Shown here piece after piece: positions 48,507-58,738 of a stretch of DNA of 64,000 nucleotides. The position numbers were made by a program, and so were the translations under genes. The notes under the pieces are model-generated. The model was not told the DNA's origin and searched no databases. It saw only the letters and a list, made by a program, of their open reading frames with translations. The first letter of the stretch is position 1. The number at the start of each line of letters is the position of its first letter. Source of the DNA: an uncultured Acidimicrobiales bacterium (GTDB taxonomy: Bacteria > Actinomycetota > Acidimicrobiia > Acidimicrobiales > Bin134). The stretch spans positions 1,901,954-1,965,953 of the forward strand of contig OX638350.1 of NCBI GenBank assembly GCA_951813325.1. Reading direction: 5' to 3'.

Positions 48507-50174
48507 TCAGCTTTCCTTGTCGCCGTGATCGCCGTGGAGCAGGCCGTAGACCAGGCTGTCCACCAAGGCCTGCCAGCTGGCTTCCACGATGTTGGCGGAC
48601 ACGCCGATTGTGGTCCAGACCCGGTCGCCGTTGGTGGAGTCGATGATCACCCGAGTCACCGCCGCGGTACCCGCGGCGGTGTCCAATACCCGCACCTTGT
48701 AGTCGATGAGACCGATCGACCGGAAGGCCGGATAGCGGTCGCCCAATGCCATCATCAGGGCCGCATGCAGGGCGTTGACCGGGCCGTTGCCCTCGCCGGT
48801 GGCCACTTTGCGCTCGCCCCCCACCTGGAGCTTCACGGTGGCCTCGGTGTCCATTTCCACCGCCACCTCGTTCCAGGCCCGGGCCCCGGTGCCCGACCGG
48901 TGCTCGGTGGACACCTTGAACGACTCCAGCTCAAAGAATGGCTGCGTCCACCCCGAAGCCCCCCGCATCAGCAGCTCCAAAGAGGCATCGGCCACCTCGA
49001 AGTGGTACCCGGCGTGCTCCAACTTCTTCAGGGTGTCCACGATCTCGCCGACAGCCTTGCCGTCGAGGTCGAGCCCCAATTCCCGGGCCTTTATCTCCAC
49101 CGTCGAGCGTCCGGCCATCTCCGACACCACGAATCGGGTGCCGTTGCCCACCGCGGCCGGATTGATGTGCTCGTAGGCGTCGGGGCGCCGGGCGATGGCG
49201 CTGATGTGGAGGCCGGCCTTGTGGGCGAAAGCCGACGAGCCCACATAGGCCTGCTGGGGATCGGGCGTGAAGTTCACCAACTCCGCCACGTGGTGCGACA
49301 CCGCGGTGAGCCGCTCCAACCGATCGGGGGGAACGGTCTGCACCCCCATCTTCAAGCTGAGGTTGGCGATGATGGGCACGAGGTTGCAGTTGCCGGTGCG
49401 CTCGCCGTAGCCGTTGATGGTGCCCTGCACCTGGATGGCTCCTCCCCGCACCCCGGCCAGGGCATTGGCCACTCCGCACCCGGTGTCGTCGTGGAGGTGG
49501 ACCCCCACCGGGGTGTCCAGGTAGTCCACCACCGCGCCCACGATGTCCTCCACCCGGGCAGGCAGCGAGCCCCCGTTGGTGTCGCACAGCACCAGCCGGT
49601 CGGCTCCGGCCACCGCAGCCGCTTCCAGCACCGCCAGGCTGTACTCAGAGTTGTCCTGGTAGCCGTCAAAGAAGTGCTCGGCGTCGAAGAACACCCGCAT
49701 GCCGTTATCCTTCAAGAACTTCACCGAGTCGGCCACCATGGCCACCCCTTCGTCCAGGGTGGTCCGTAGGGCCTCGAGGACGTGGTAGTCCCAGCACTTG
49801 CCCACAATGCACGCCACCTCGGTGCCCGAGGCCACCAGATTGGCCAGCGTGAGATCCACATCGGTTTGCCCCTTGACCCGGCGGGTGGAGCCGAAAGCCA
49901 CCAGGGTGCTCGTCTCCAAAGCGAGTTCGTCGCGGGCTCGGGAGAAAAACTCGTCGTCTTTGGGATTGGAACCGGGCCAGCCGCCCTCGATGTAGTGGAC
50001 GCCGAGAGAATCGAGCTGGCGGGCGATGCGCAGCTTGTCCTCCACCGTGAGGGATATCCCCTCGAGCTGGCTCCCGTCGCGAAGCGTGGTGTCGTAGATC
50101 TCCACCGAAGCGGGGAGGGGTCGCCTTTTCCCCGGGTCAGCAGGGCCGGCCGGCCCTGCCTCAGCGGTCGACAT
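48507..50174 (-). CDS. 2-isopropylmalate/citramalate synthase family protein (CimA/LeuA-like, second paralog)
   Basis: 'IYDTTLRDGSQ' plus TIM-barrel DRE-TIM motifs and LeuA-dimer-like C-terminus. Confidence 0.75.
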   Translation of the reverse strand: MSTAEAGPAGPADPGKRRPLPASVEIYDTTLRDGSQLEGISLTVEDKLRIARQLDSLGVHYIEGGWPGSNPKDDEFFSRARDELALETSTLVAFGSTRRVKGQTDVDLTLANLVASGTEVACIVGKCWDYHVLEALRTTLDEGVAMVADSVKFLKDNGMRVFFDAEHFFDGYQDNSEYSLAVLEAAAVAGADRLVLCDTNGGSLPARVEDIVGAVVDYLDTPVGVHLHDDTGCGVANALAGVRGGAIQVQGTINGYGERTGNCNLVPIIANLSLKMGVQTVPPDRLERLTAVSHHVAELVNFTPDPQQAYVGSSAFAHKAGLHISAIARRPDAYEHINPAAVGNGTRFVVSEMAGRSTVEIKARELGLDLDGKAVGEIVDTLKKLEHAGYHFEVADASLELLMRGASGWTQPFFELESFKVSTEHRSGTGARAWNEVAVEMDTEATVKLQVGGERKVATGEGNGPVNALHAALMMALGDRYPAFRSIGLIDYKVRVLDTAAGTAAVTRVIIDSTNGDRVWTTIGVSANIVEASWQALVDSLVYGLLHGDHGDKES

Positions 50175-51081
50175 GCTCGTTCCAGTGCCGGTACTGGGCT
50201 TGGCGGCCCCTCACCGCGTCCTGGAACACCTCTTGGATCTTGCGGGTGATCGGGCCGGGATCGCCGATCTCGCGGTCGTCCACCGATCGGATGGGAACCA
50301 CCTCGGCCGCAGTCCCCGACAAAAAGGCCTCGTCGGCCAGGTATAGATCGCTGCGCAAGAGGTTGTCGGCCACATACGGGATGCCCAGGTCGGAGGCCAT
50401 AGTGCGGATGGCGTCTTGGGTTATGCCCTCCAATGCCCCCACTGAGGTGGGCGGGGTGATGATGGTGCCGTCGCGCACCACGAACAGGTTCTCTCCGGTG
50501 CACTCGCTGACATAGCCCTGGGACGACAACAAGATGGCCTCGTCGTAGCCGGCCTTTACCGCCTGCACCTTGGCCAGCTGGCTGTTGATGTAGTGCCCGC
50601 AACCCTTGGCCGCAGTGGGCATCGAGTTGGGATCGTGGCGCTGCCAAGAGCTGACCATCAGCCGCACACCGCGGCTGACTCCCTCGTCGCCCAGGTAGGT
50701 GCCCCACGGCCACACCGCGATGGCCACGTTCACCGTACACGGCAAGGGGTTCAGCCCCATCTCGCCGTAGCCCAGATAGGCCAGCGGGCGGATGTAGCAG
50801 CTCTTCATGCCGTTCACCCGCACGGTCTGCTTGGTGGCGGCCACCAACTCTTCCACCGTGTAGGGAATATCGATCTGGAGGATCTTGGCGCTGGCGAACA
50901 GCCGGCGGATGTGGGGGGTTAGCCGGAACACCGCGGCGCCCTCGTCGGTCTCATATGCCCTGATGCCCTCGAAAACGCCGTTGCCATAGTGGAGCGTGTG
51001 GGTGAGCACGTGCACGGTGGCGTCGGCCCAATCCACCAGCTCGCCGTCCATCCACACCTTCTGAGTGGTCTCGATTGGCAT
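50161..51081 (-). CDS. ilvE: Branched-chain amino acid aminotransferase
   Basis: Class IV aminotransferase pattern; internal ATG start. Confidence 0.85.
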   Translation of the reverse strand: MPIETTQKVWMDGELVDWADATVHVLTHTLHYGNGVFEGIRAYETDEGAAVFRLTPHIRRLFASAKILQIDIPYTVEELVAATKQTVRVNGMKSCYIRPLAYLGYGEMGLNPLPCTVNVAIAVWPWGTYLGDEGVSRGVRLMVSSWQRHDPNSMPTAAKGCGHYINSQLAKVQAVKAGYDEAILLSSQGYVSECTGENLFVVRDGTIITPPTSVGALEGITQDAIRTMASDLGIPYVADNLLRSDLYLADEAFLSGTAAEVVPIRSVDDREIGDPGPITRKIQEVFQDAVRGRQAQYRHWNEHVDR

Positions 51082-51127
51082 CGTGCTCAGTTCCTTTCTG
51101 GAATCGCAGCTGTGCTCTTGACCGGGC

Positions 51128-52111
51128 TCACACTCGCTCAGCGATGGCGTCGCCGATGTCGGTGGTCGTCCCGTATTGGGTTGTCGGGTCGGCGCAGGCA
51201 GACCGAATCCGGTTGGCGGCTTCGGTTTCGCCCAGAAATTCAACCATCATGGCAGCCGACAAGATAGCGGCCGTGGGATTGGCCCGGCCGGTCCCCACAA
51301 TATCGGGCGCCGAGCCGTGCACCGGCTCGAACATCGACGGACCGGTGCGATCGGGGTTCAAGTTGGCCGAGGCGGCCAGCCCGATGCCGCCGGAGACCGC
51401 CCCACCCAAGTCGGTGAGAATGTCGCCGAACAGGTTGTCGGTCACGATCACGTCGAAGCCCTTGGGGTCTTCCACGAAGTAGATGCACGCGGCGTCCACA
51501 TGGTTGTAGGCCGTGGCCACATCGGGATACTCCTCGGCCACCTCGTTGAACGTCCGCTCCCAGAGGTCTCCGGCAAAAGTCAAGACGTTGGTCTTGTGCA
51601 CCAAGGTGAGGTGGCGGCCTGCACGGCTGCGGGCCAGCTCGAAGGCATAGCGGACACAGCGCTCCACCCCGAAGCGGGTGTTTACCGATCCCTGGGTGGC
51701 CACCTCCGCGGGGGTGTGGCGCCGAAGGAACCCGCCCTCACCCGCATAGGCGCCCTCGGTGTTCTCCCGGATCACCTCGAAATCATGAGATCCGTCGGGA
51801 GCGCGGAACGGCCGGCGGTTCACGTACAAGTCGAGCTCGAAGCGCATCCGCAGCAACAGCCCTCGCTCGATGACGCCGGGGGGCACGTCGGGACTCCCCA
51901 CCGCCCCCAGGTAGAGAGCGTCCAGCCCCCGCCACTCTTCCAGGATCTCGTCGGTCAAAACCGTGCCGTCGCGCTGGTAGCGGGCGCCCCCGAGGTCGTA
52001 TGAAACCGTGTCAAGCTCCACGCCGGCCGCGCCCATTGCTTTCAATCCCTCGGCGACAACCTCGGGGCCGATGCCGTCGCCGCCTATGACTCCGATGACG
52101 TGGTGTGACAT
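51128..52111 (-). CDS. leuB: 3-isopropylmalate dehydrogenase
   Basis: '[13 protein letters not shown]' plus isocitrate/IPMDH signature. Confidence 0.85.
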   Translation of the reverse strand: MSHHVIGVIGGDGIGPEVVAEGLKAMGAAGVELDTVSYDLGGARYQRDGTVLTDEILEEWRGLDALYLGAVGSPDVPPGVIERGLLLRMRFELDLYVNRRPFRAPDGSHDFEVIRENTEGAYAGEGGFLRRHTPAEVATQGSVNTRFGVERCVRYAFELARSRAGRHLTLVHKTNVLTFAGDLWERTFNEVAEEYPDVATAYNHVDAACIYFVEDPKGFDVIVTDNLFGDILTDLGGAVSGGIGLAASANLNPDRTGPSMFEPVHGSAPDIVGTGRANPTAAILSAAMMVEFLGETEAANRIRSACADPTTQYGTTTDIGDAIAERV

Positions 52112-52203
52112 AGATCGCAGCCAGTGTGAACGCTGGACCCCATAGGAGTCAATGCAGATACCAATTCCGATGGGCAGATGCCAGAGCACTAAAATGACCT
52201 GCT

Positions 52204-52677
52204 ATGCCAGAAACCCATGAGCTGTCCCAGACGGCGCACGATCGGCTGAGGTCCGAGTTCGAGCAGCTCACCACGGTCGGACGGGTGGATATCGCCCGCA
52301 AGATCGAAGCAGCTCGCGAGTTGGGTGATCTGAGCGAGAACGGCGATTACCACGCGGCCAAAGACGAGCAGGGGAAGATGGAGACTCGAATCGCCCAGCT
52401 CAGCGCACTTCTGAACAACTGTCGGATCGTGGAAGCGGGCGACGGATCGTCGGTGGCCGTGGGCTCGGTGGTGACCGTGGCCCACGGCGGCGACCCCGAC
52501 GACGTCGAGACCTACCTGGTGGGATCGATCGAGGAGCGCCATGACGGCCTCGACGTGATCTCCCCGGCCTCGCCGATGGGGACAGCCATCATGGGGGCGA
52601 GGATCGGAGACACCCTGTCGTTTGAGAGTCCCGCCGGCGGGACGTTGACCGTCCAAATCGTGTCCCTTGAGCAATAG
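52204..52677 (+). CDS. greA: Transcription elongation factor GreA
   Basis: Coiled-coil N-terminus with 'DLSENGDY' acidic tip motif plus FKBP-like C-terminus. Confidence 0.85.
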   Translation: MPETHELSQTAHDRLRSEFEQLTTVGRVDIARKIEAARELGDLSENGDYHAAKDEQGKMETRIAQLSALLNNCRIVEAGDGSSVAVGSVVTVAHGGDPDDVETYLVGSIEERHDGLDVISPASPMGTAIMGARIGDTLSFESPAGGTLTVQIVSLEQ

Positions 52678-53575
52678 CGGGGCGCCGGTTGGCCCCAGCC
52701 TTCCGCCGGGAGAGTTCATCGATCTGCCCGGACGGGGTCAGCTGTTCGTGCGCCGGACCGTCGGACCCCCGGGATCACCCACGGTCGTCCTGCTGCACGG
52801 TTGGACGGTTACCGCCGATTTGAACTGGTATCCGGCCTTCGAGCCGCTGTCACAGCGGGCATCAGTCGTGGCGTTCGACCACCGGGGCCACGGCCAGGGC
52901 CTACCCACCCGGCGGTTCAAGTTCTCCGACTGCGCGTCCGACGTGCTGGCCGTGGCCGACGCCCTGGGCATCGACCGCTTCGTGTGCGCGGGCTACTCCA
53001 TGGGCGGCGCCATCGCCCAGCTGACCGCCCGGGCCGCGCCCGACCGGATCGCCGGCCTGGTCCTGGGGGCCACCTCCACCAGCTTTCGGGGCCGGGGACT
53101 GCGAGCCGTCCGCTTCGCGCTGCTTCCCGTGGTCGCCGCCGCCTCCCGTCTCGCCCCGGTCAAGCTGCGGTACTGGGGCTGGGAGCAGACCGTATTCAAC
53201 GTTATCGGCACCAACATCGGAAGGTGGGCGCAGACAGAGATCCTCAAGGGCGACCCCCAGGCGCTGCTGGACGCCGGCACCGAGTTGTTCAACTTCGACT
53301 CGTCGCCTTGGCTCGCCAATTTGTCCATGCCGATCGCCCAGGTGCGCACGGTCGGCGACCTGGTGGTGCCCGACGATCTCCAGCAGAATCTGACTGACGC
53401 CATCGATGACATGGGCGCCTACTCCTATCGGGGGGGCCACGCGTCGGTGGTTACCGACTTCGACAGCTTCTGGGACTGCATGAGCAAGGCTTTGGACTCG
53501 GTTGGGGTGCCCGCCCATTCCCAGCCGGAGAGCAGAGTTGCCCCCGACCAATCCCCGACAGAGGCCACCAGATAG
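52667..53575 (+). CDS. Alpha/beta-fold hydrolase
   Basis: Nucleophile elbow 'GYSMGG'. Confidence 0.65.
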   Translation: MSNSGAPVGPSLPPGEFIDLPGRGQLFVRRTVGPPGSPTVVLLHGWTVTADLNWYPAFEPLSQRASVVAFDHRGHGQGLPTRRFKFSDCASDVLAVADALGIDRFVCAGYSMGGAIAQLTARAAPDRIAGLVLGATSTSFRGRGLRAVRFALLPVVAAASRLAPVKLRYWGWEQTVFNVIGTNIGRWAQTEILKGDPQALLDAGTELFNFDSSPWLANLSMPIAQVRTVGDLVVPDDLQQNLTDAIDDMGAYSYRGGHASVVTDFDSFWDCMSKALDSVGVPAHSQPESRVAPDQSPTEATR

Positions 53576-53607
53576 CCTCAGTTCCACCACGAGAAATCGG
53601 AGCGCAA

Positions 53608-55008
53608 ATGGGCCGAACCCTCAGTGAGAAAGTCTGGGACCGCCACGTCGCACACCAAGCCGACGGCGAGCCCGATCTGCTGTATATCGATCTGCACCTC
53701 ATCCACGAGGTCACGTCGCCGCAGGCCTTCGACGGTCTCCGCATGAACGGCCGGCCGGTGCGTCGACCCGACCTCACCGTGGCCACCGAGGATCACAACG
53801 TCCCCACTGACGACATCTCCTGGCCCATCGCCGATCCTGTCTCACGCCAGCAGGTGGAGACGCTGCGGTCCAACTGCGAGGAGTTTGGCATCACCCTTTT
53901 CCCAATGGGCCGCCCCGGCCAGGGCATCGTGCACGTGATCGGACCGGAGATGGGCCTCACCCAGCCGGGCATGACCATCGTGTGCGGCGACAGCCACACC
54001 TCCACCCACGGGGCGTTCGGGGCGTTGGCCTTCGGCATCGGCACCAGCGAGGTGGAGCACGTGCTGGCCACCCAGACTCTGCCTCAGCAACGGCCCGGCA
54101 CCATGTCGGTAACCGTGGACGGCGCTCTGCCGGTGAGCTGCACCGCCAAAGACGTGATTCTGGCCATCATCGGGCGCATCGGCACCGGCGGGGGCATCGG
54201 CTCGGTCATCGAGTACCGGGGGTCGATCATCCGATCGCTGTCTGTGGAGGGGCGGATGACGGTGTGCAACATGTCCATCGAAGCCGGGGCCCGGGCCGGT
54301 TTGATCGCCCCCGACGACACCACCTTCGAGTACCTCGAGGGGCGGCCCTATGCCCCCACGGGAGCGGAGTGGGACGCCGCACTGGACGACTGGCGCAAGC
54401 TCTACAGCGACGGCAACGCCGCTTTCGACAAAGAGGTGGTGATCGACGGATCGGAGCTGGTGCCCCATGTCTCGTGGGGCACGAACCCATCTCAAGTGGC
54501 CCCTATCAACGGCACCGTGCCCCATCCCGACAGCTTTGCCGAGAGCAGCGGGCGGGAGTCGGCCGCCCGAGCCCTCGACTACATGGATCTGACGCCGGGT
54601 ACCCCGCTCAAAGAGGTCCCCGTGGACGCCGTGTTCATCGGCTCCTGCACCAACAGCCGCATCGAGGATCTGCGTATTGCCGCCACCGTGGTGGAGGGTC
54701 GCCGGGTGCGCCCCGGCGTCCGCACCTTCGTGGTCCCCGGCTCCGGCGCGGTCAAGGCCCAAGCCGAATCTGAAGGACTTCACGAGATTTTCAAGACCGC
54801 CGGGTTCGACTGGCGGGAACCGGGCTGCTCCATGTGTTTGGCCATGAACCCCGACAAGCTGGCCCCCGGCGAGCGGTGTGCCAGCACCTCCAACCGCAAC
54901 TTCGAAGGCCGCCAGGGCAAAGGGGGCCGAACCCACTTGGTATCGCCCGCGGTGGCCGCCGCCACCGCGGTGGCCGGCACCTTCGCCACTCCGGGGGATT
55001 TGTCATGA
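53608..55008 (+). CDS. leuC: 3-isopropylmalate dehydratase large subunit
   Basis: Aconitase-family Cys motifs 'GSCTNS', 'CGPC-like'. Confidence 0.9.
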   Translation: MGRTLSEKVWDRHVAHQADGEPDLLYIDLHLIHEVTSPQAFDGLRMNGRPVRRPDLTVATEDHNVPTDDISWPIADPVSRQQVETLRSNCEEFGITLFPMGRPGQGIVHVIGPEMGLTQPGMTIVCGDSHTSTHGAFGALAFGIGTSEVEHVLATQTLPQQRPGTMSVTVDGALPVSCTAKDVILAIIGRIGTGGGIGSVIEYRGSIIRSLSVEGRMTVCNMSIEAGARAGLIAPDDTTFEYLEGRPYAPTGAEWDAALDDWRKLYSDGNAAFDKEVVIDGSELVPHVSWGTNPSQVAPINGTVPHPDSFAESSGRESAARALDYMDLTPGTPLKEVPVDAVFIGSCTNSRIEDLRIAATVVEGRRVRPGVRTFVVPGSGAVKAQAESEGLHEIFKTAGFDWREPGCSMCLAMNPDKLAPGERCASTSNRNFEGRQGKGGRTHLVSPAVAAATAVAGTFATPGDLS

Positions 55009-55598
55009 AGCCGGTTCGGACTATCACCGCCACGGCACTGCCGTTGGACCGCAGCGACGTGGACACCGATCAAATCATCCCCAGCGACTGGCTCAAGCGG
55101 GTGGAGCGCACCGGTTTCGAACAGGGGTTGTTCTCGGAGTGGCGCGAAGATCCCGACTTTGTGCTGAACGATCCCCGCTTCGCTGAAGCCCGTATCCTGG
55201 TGGCCGGCCCCAACTTCGGCACCGGCTCCTCCCGGGAGCATGCGGTGTGGGCCATACAGCAGTACGGTTTCGAGGCGGTCATCTCCCCCCGCTTCGGCGA
55301 TATCTTCCGCAACAACTCCGCCAAGAACGGACTGGTGCCGGTACAGGTGAGTGAGCAGGTAGCCCGCTCCCTGCTGAAATGGGTGGCCAGCTATCCCGAC
55401 ATTGAGATCATCATTGATGTCGAAGAACTGATCGTTGTGTGCCCCGTCGCCGGCATCAAGGCCGACTTCCCTCTCGACCGCGCCGTTCAGCACCGTCTTC
55501 TGGGGGGCCTCGACGACATCGGCCTCACCCTGGCCCACTCCGACGCTATCGCCTCCTTCGAAGCCATCCGCCCCGATTGGATGCCGTCTTTGGCGTAG
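55005..55598 (+). CDS. leuD: 3-isopropylmalate dehydratase small subunit
   Basis: Aconitase swivel domain; ATGA overlap with leuC. Confidence 0.9.
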   Translation: MKPVRTITATALPLDRSDVDTDQIIPSDWLKRVERTGFEQGLFSEWREDPDFVLNDPRFAEARILVAGPNFGTGSSREHAVWAIQQYGFEAVISPRFGDIFRNNSAKNGLVPVQVSEQVARSLLKWVASYPDIEIIIDVEELIVVCPVAGIKADFPLDRAVQHRLLGGLDDIGLTLAHSDAIASFEAIRPDWMPSLA

Positions 55599-55613
55599 TG
55601 GCTCCTCGGCAAT

Positions 55614-56192
55614 TCAGGCCAGGCCGACGGCCAGGATGGTGCCCAAGATCGGCACTGCGAGCCCTATCAGCGTGAACACCGTGGTGCGCATCTGCTTGGC
55701 GAGCTGAAGCGCTATCTCACCCTGAAATTCCTTGTTCTCGGCGCGAAGCGTCTTGAACTCGGCGGTCATCTCGGTACGGATATTGGCGAACTCGGCATAG
55801 ACCTTGGCGAACTCGGCATGCACCTTGGCGAACTCGGCGTGCACCTTGGAGAATTTGCTGTTCATCTCGGTGCGGAGGCGGTCTTCGCCGGCTCTGACAT
55901 CGTCTTTGGTGGCGAGATCGTGCCAGTAAACGGGGGGCAGGCTCTCCATGAGGGTTCTGGCCTCCTCTTTTCCCAGCACCTCGCTCAAACGGTTTATGAG
56001 CACCACGCGCCGTTCCTCGCCGATTGGCTCACTCGCGGGCATTGCCAGCCTCCTCGGATGATCTTGTCTCTTGGAGGAGGACTGATCCACGTCCCCGAGT
56101 GGCTTGCCCAGCACTCTACCGTTCGCCTTCTTGCCCTGCAACAGCTTCGTGTCGGTAGTAGCTATCGTCAGGTTCAGCAGGGTACCGGGCAT
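55614..56192 (-). CDS. DUF1640-like coiled-coil membrane protein with 7-aa tandem repeats (AEFAKVH)
   Basis: 21-nt tandem repeats at ~55786-55860; C-terminal TM helix. Confidence 0.45.
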   Translation of the reverse strand: MPGTLLNLTIATTDTKLLQGKKANGRVLGKPLGDVDQSSSKRQDHPRRLAMPASEPIGEERRVVLINRLSEVLGKEEARTLMESLPPVYWHDLATKDDVRAGEDRLRTEMNSKFSKVHAEFAKVHAEFAKVYAEFANIRTEMTAEFKTLRAENKEFQGEIALQLAKQMRTTVFTLIGLAVPILGTILAVGLA

Positions 56193-56246
56193 GAATTTCT
56201 TTGCCGAATGGGAACCGGGCGGCGCTGTGCCGTCGTCATAAGGGCC

Positions 56247-58541
56247 ATGATGAAGCTCTTGAAAGCCGCCCTCGTTGCGCTGGCATTGCTAGCTGGGGCC
56301 TGCTCGTCCGATTCCGCTGATTCGCCGGGAATCACTGGGGGACCTTCGGGCCAACCAGCAGGAGAGGCCACCGGAGAGCAAGGCGGTGAGGCAGCTGGTG
56401 AGCCAGATGGCACGTCGGTACCGACGGTGGTGCTCGACGACATCGAGCTGTTGTCGGCGCTGCGGAGCTTTGGGGATTGCGCCATGCTGCTCGACTATCT
56501 GCGAACCGAGACCGTCGCCCGGGTGGGCCCCTACGGGCTTGATGACGGACCTCGCTTCGGCATTCCCGAGCGAATGATGGTGGAAGAACCCGAGATGATG
56601 GCCGACGATTCCGCGGCCCAGTCGGCCCCGACCGCCGGCAGCGACGGCGATTTCTCCAGCACCAACGTGCAGGTGGCCGGGGTGGACGAGCCCGACATCA
56701 TCAAAACCGACGGCAACCGCATCCTGGCCGTGGCCCAGGGCCGGCTCCACTACGTGGACGTATCCGGCGACCAGCCTCGGTACCTTGGCAGCGTCGATTT
56801 GGTGGGCGAGTCGGGCTCAGGCTGGGGCCAGGAGATCTTTATCCGGGGCGACCGGGCCATGGTGTTCTCCACCAGCTACGCCGACTGGCTGGAACCGGTG
56901 GCGGCCAGCGATCTTGAAGGCGACAACGTGATCGCCGAGGACATCATGTTCCGAGGCATCCCGGTGTCGCTGATCCAAGAGGTGGACCTGTCCAACCCGG
57001 CATCCATGGACGTGGTGTCCGAGCTTCGGGTGGAGGGCAACTACCTGAGCGCCCGGGCGGTGGGCGACGTGGTGTGGATGTCGATGTCCAGCCATCCCGC
57101 ACAGTTCCAGTTCGTGTACCCCAGCGGCCCCGCTGCCGAAGCCGCCGCCGAAGCAGCCAACAAGCAGATCGCGGCCACCGCCAACTTGGGCGCCTGGCTG
57201 CCGGCTTACCGCTTCGACGGTCCCGACGGCACCCGAGCCGGACTGCTGCTGGAGTGCGAACAGCTCTACACCCCCGCCGAGTTCGACGGCTTCACCGTGC
57301 TGTCGGTGCTGAGCTTCAACTTGGACGAGCCGCTGGGCACCGGCGACGCCGCCTCGGTGCTGGCTGATGGCCACACTCTCTACGGCTCCGGCCAATCGCT
57401 CTACCTGGCCTCCAGCACGCCGGTGTGGGCCGAGCCCGTGGACGACGGAGACTCAGTCAGCATCCCAGCACCGACGGAGTGGACCACCGTCGTACACAAG
57501 TTCTCGGTGTCGACCGACGGCCCGGCCCGCTACGAGGCCACCGGTACGGTGGAGGGCCACCTGCTCAACCAATTCTCCATGGACGAGCACAACGGCTACT
57601 TCCGAGTGGCCACCACCATAGGCGAGCCGTGGGACAGCGAAACCTCCGAGAGTCAGGTGGTGGTGCTTGAACAGCAGGGCCGGCGGCTCACCGAGGTGGG
57701 AAAGGTCGGCAACTTGGGCCGAGGCGAGCGCATCTTCTCGGTCCGTTTCGCCGGCGACACCGGCTATGTGGTCACCTTCCGCCAGGTCGACCCCCTCTAC
57801 GTGCTCGATCTTTCCGATCCCGTTGCGCCGACAGTGGCCGGCGAGCTGAAGATTCCCGGCTTCTCCACCTACCTGCACCCCATAGGCGATGGCCTGCTAA
57901 TCGGAGTGGGCCAAGACGCCGACGACACCGGCCGCACCCGCGGCACCAAGGTGTCGCTGTTCGACGTGAGCGACCCAGCCGACCCAACCGAGCTAGACGT
58001 GATCGTGTTCCCCAACGCCCACAGCGAAGCCGAATGGGACCACCGGGCCTTCCTCTACTGGGCCCCCGAGGAGATGGTGGCCATCCCCTTAACCCGCTAT
58101 GACTACGACGACAGCGAGGAGAGCTTTTTCGGTGCAGTGGCCCTACGGGTGAACCGCGACGGCGTGGCCGAGCTCGGCCGGGTGTCACACCGAGAGCAGC
58201 AGATCACCTTCGAGGGCTGCCGCCCGGTGGACACCGACGAGCTCGACCGAGCCTTCAGCGGCGAGAGCGAGATCCGTATCTGCCCCCTCGACGCCCCCGA
58301 CCGCTACGGCAATCAAGACTGCGAGCCCATGAAGCCGGAATGGGCTCGGGAAGAATGGCCCTCCATCGACATCGCCGACGACGAGAAACTGATCATCTGC
58401 TGGATCTGGACCCCACCCATCCAACGCCTACTGGTAATCGGCGAAACCCTCTGGACCATGTCCGAACACGCCCTCCAAGCGAATCACCTAACGACATTCG
58501 CCTACAAGGACCGGTTCACCCTCACTTCTTCTTCAAACTAA
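56247..58541 (+). CDS. Beta-propeller domain lipoprotein
   Basis: Lipobox 'LLAGACSS'; large beta-rich secreted domain; internal ATG of ORF 55818-58541. Confidence 0.6.
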   Translation: MMKLLKAALVALALLAGACSSDSADSPGITGGPSGQPAGEATGEQGGEAAGEPDGTSVPTVVLDDIELLSALRSFGDCAMLLDYLRTETVARVGPYGLDDGPRFGIPERMMVEEPEMMADDSAAQSAPTAGSDGDFSSTNVQVAGVDEPDIIKTDGNRILAVAQGRLHYVDVSGDQPRYLGSVDLVGESGSGWGQEIFIRGDRAMVFSTSYADWLEPVAASDLEGDNVIAEDIMFRGIPVSLIQEVDLSNPASMDVVSELRVEGNYLSARAVGDVVWMSMSSHPAQFQFVYPSGPAAEAAAEAANKQIAATANLGAWLPAYRFDGPDGTRAGLLLECEQLYTPAEFDGFTVLSVLSFNLDEPLGTGDAASVLADGHTLYGSGQSLYLASSTPVWAEPVDDGDSVSIPAPTEWTTVVHKFSVSTDGPARYEATGTVEGHLLNQFSMDEHNGYFRVATTIGEPWDSETSESQVVVLEQQGRRLTEVGKVGNLGRGERIFSVRFAGDTGYVVTFRQVDPLYVLDLSDPVAPTVAGELKIPGFSTYLHPIGDGLLIGVGQDADDTGRTRGTKVSLFDVSDPADPTELDVIVFPNAHSEAEWDHRAFLYWAPEEMVAIPLTRYDYDDSEESFFGAVALRVNRDGVAELGRVSHREQQITFEGCRPVDTDELDRAFSGESEIRICPLDAPDRYGNQDCEPMKPEWAREEWPSIDIADDEKLIICWIWTPPIQRLLVIGETLWTMSEHALQANHLTTFAYKDRFTLTSSSN

Positions 58542-58738
58542 GAGAGGGGCCCAAGATAGGCGGGGCGGCGGGCCACAAAATTGGGTCGTGGTGGGGGGTG
58601 GCCCGGCTCAGGGCGCCCGCCGCCCGGAGCTTGTCGAGGACGGCGGGCTGGGCCGGGACAGGACCCGCCACCACGACCCCATCAAAACAGCCCGCCGCCC
58701 CGCCGGAGGCTGGTAACGACCGAATCCGCCAATAGAAG

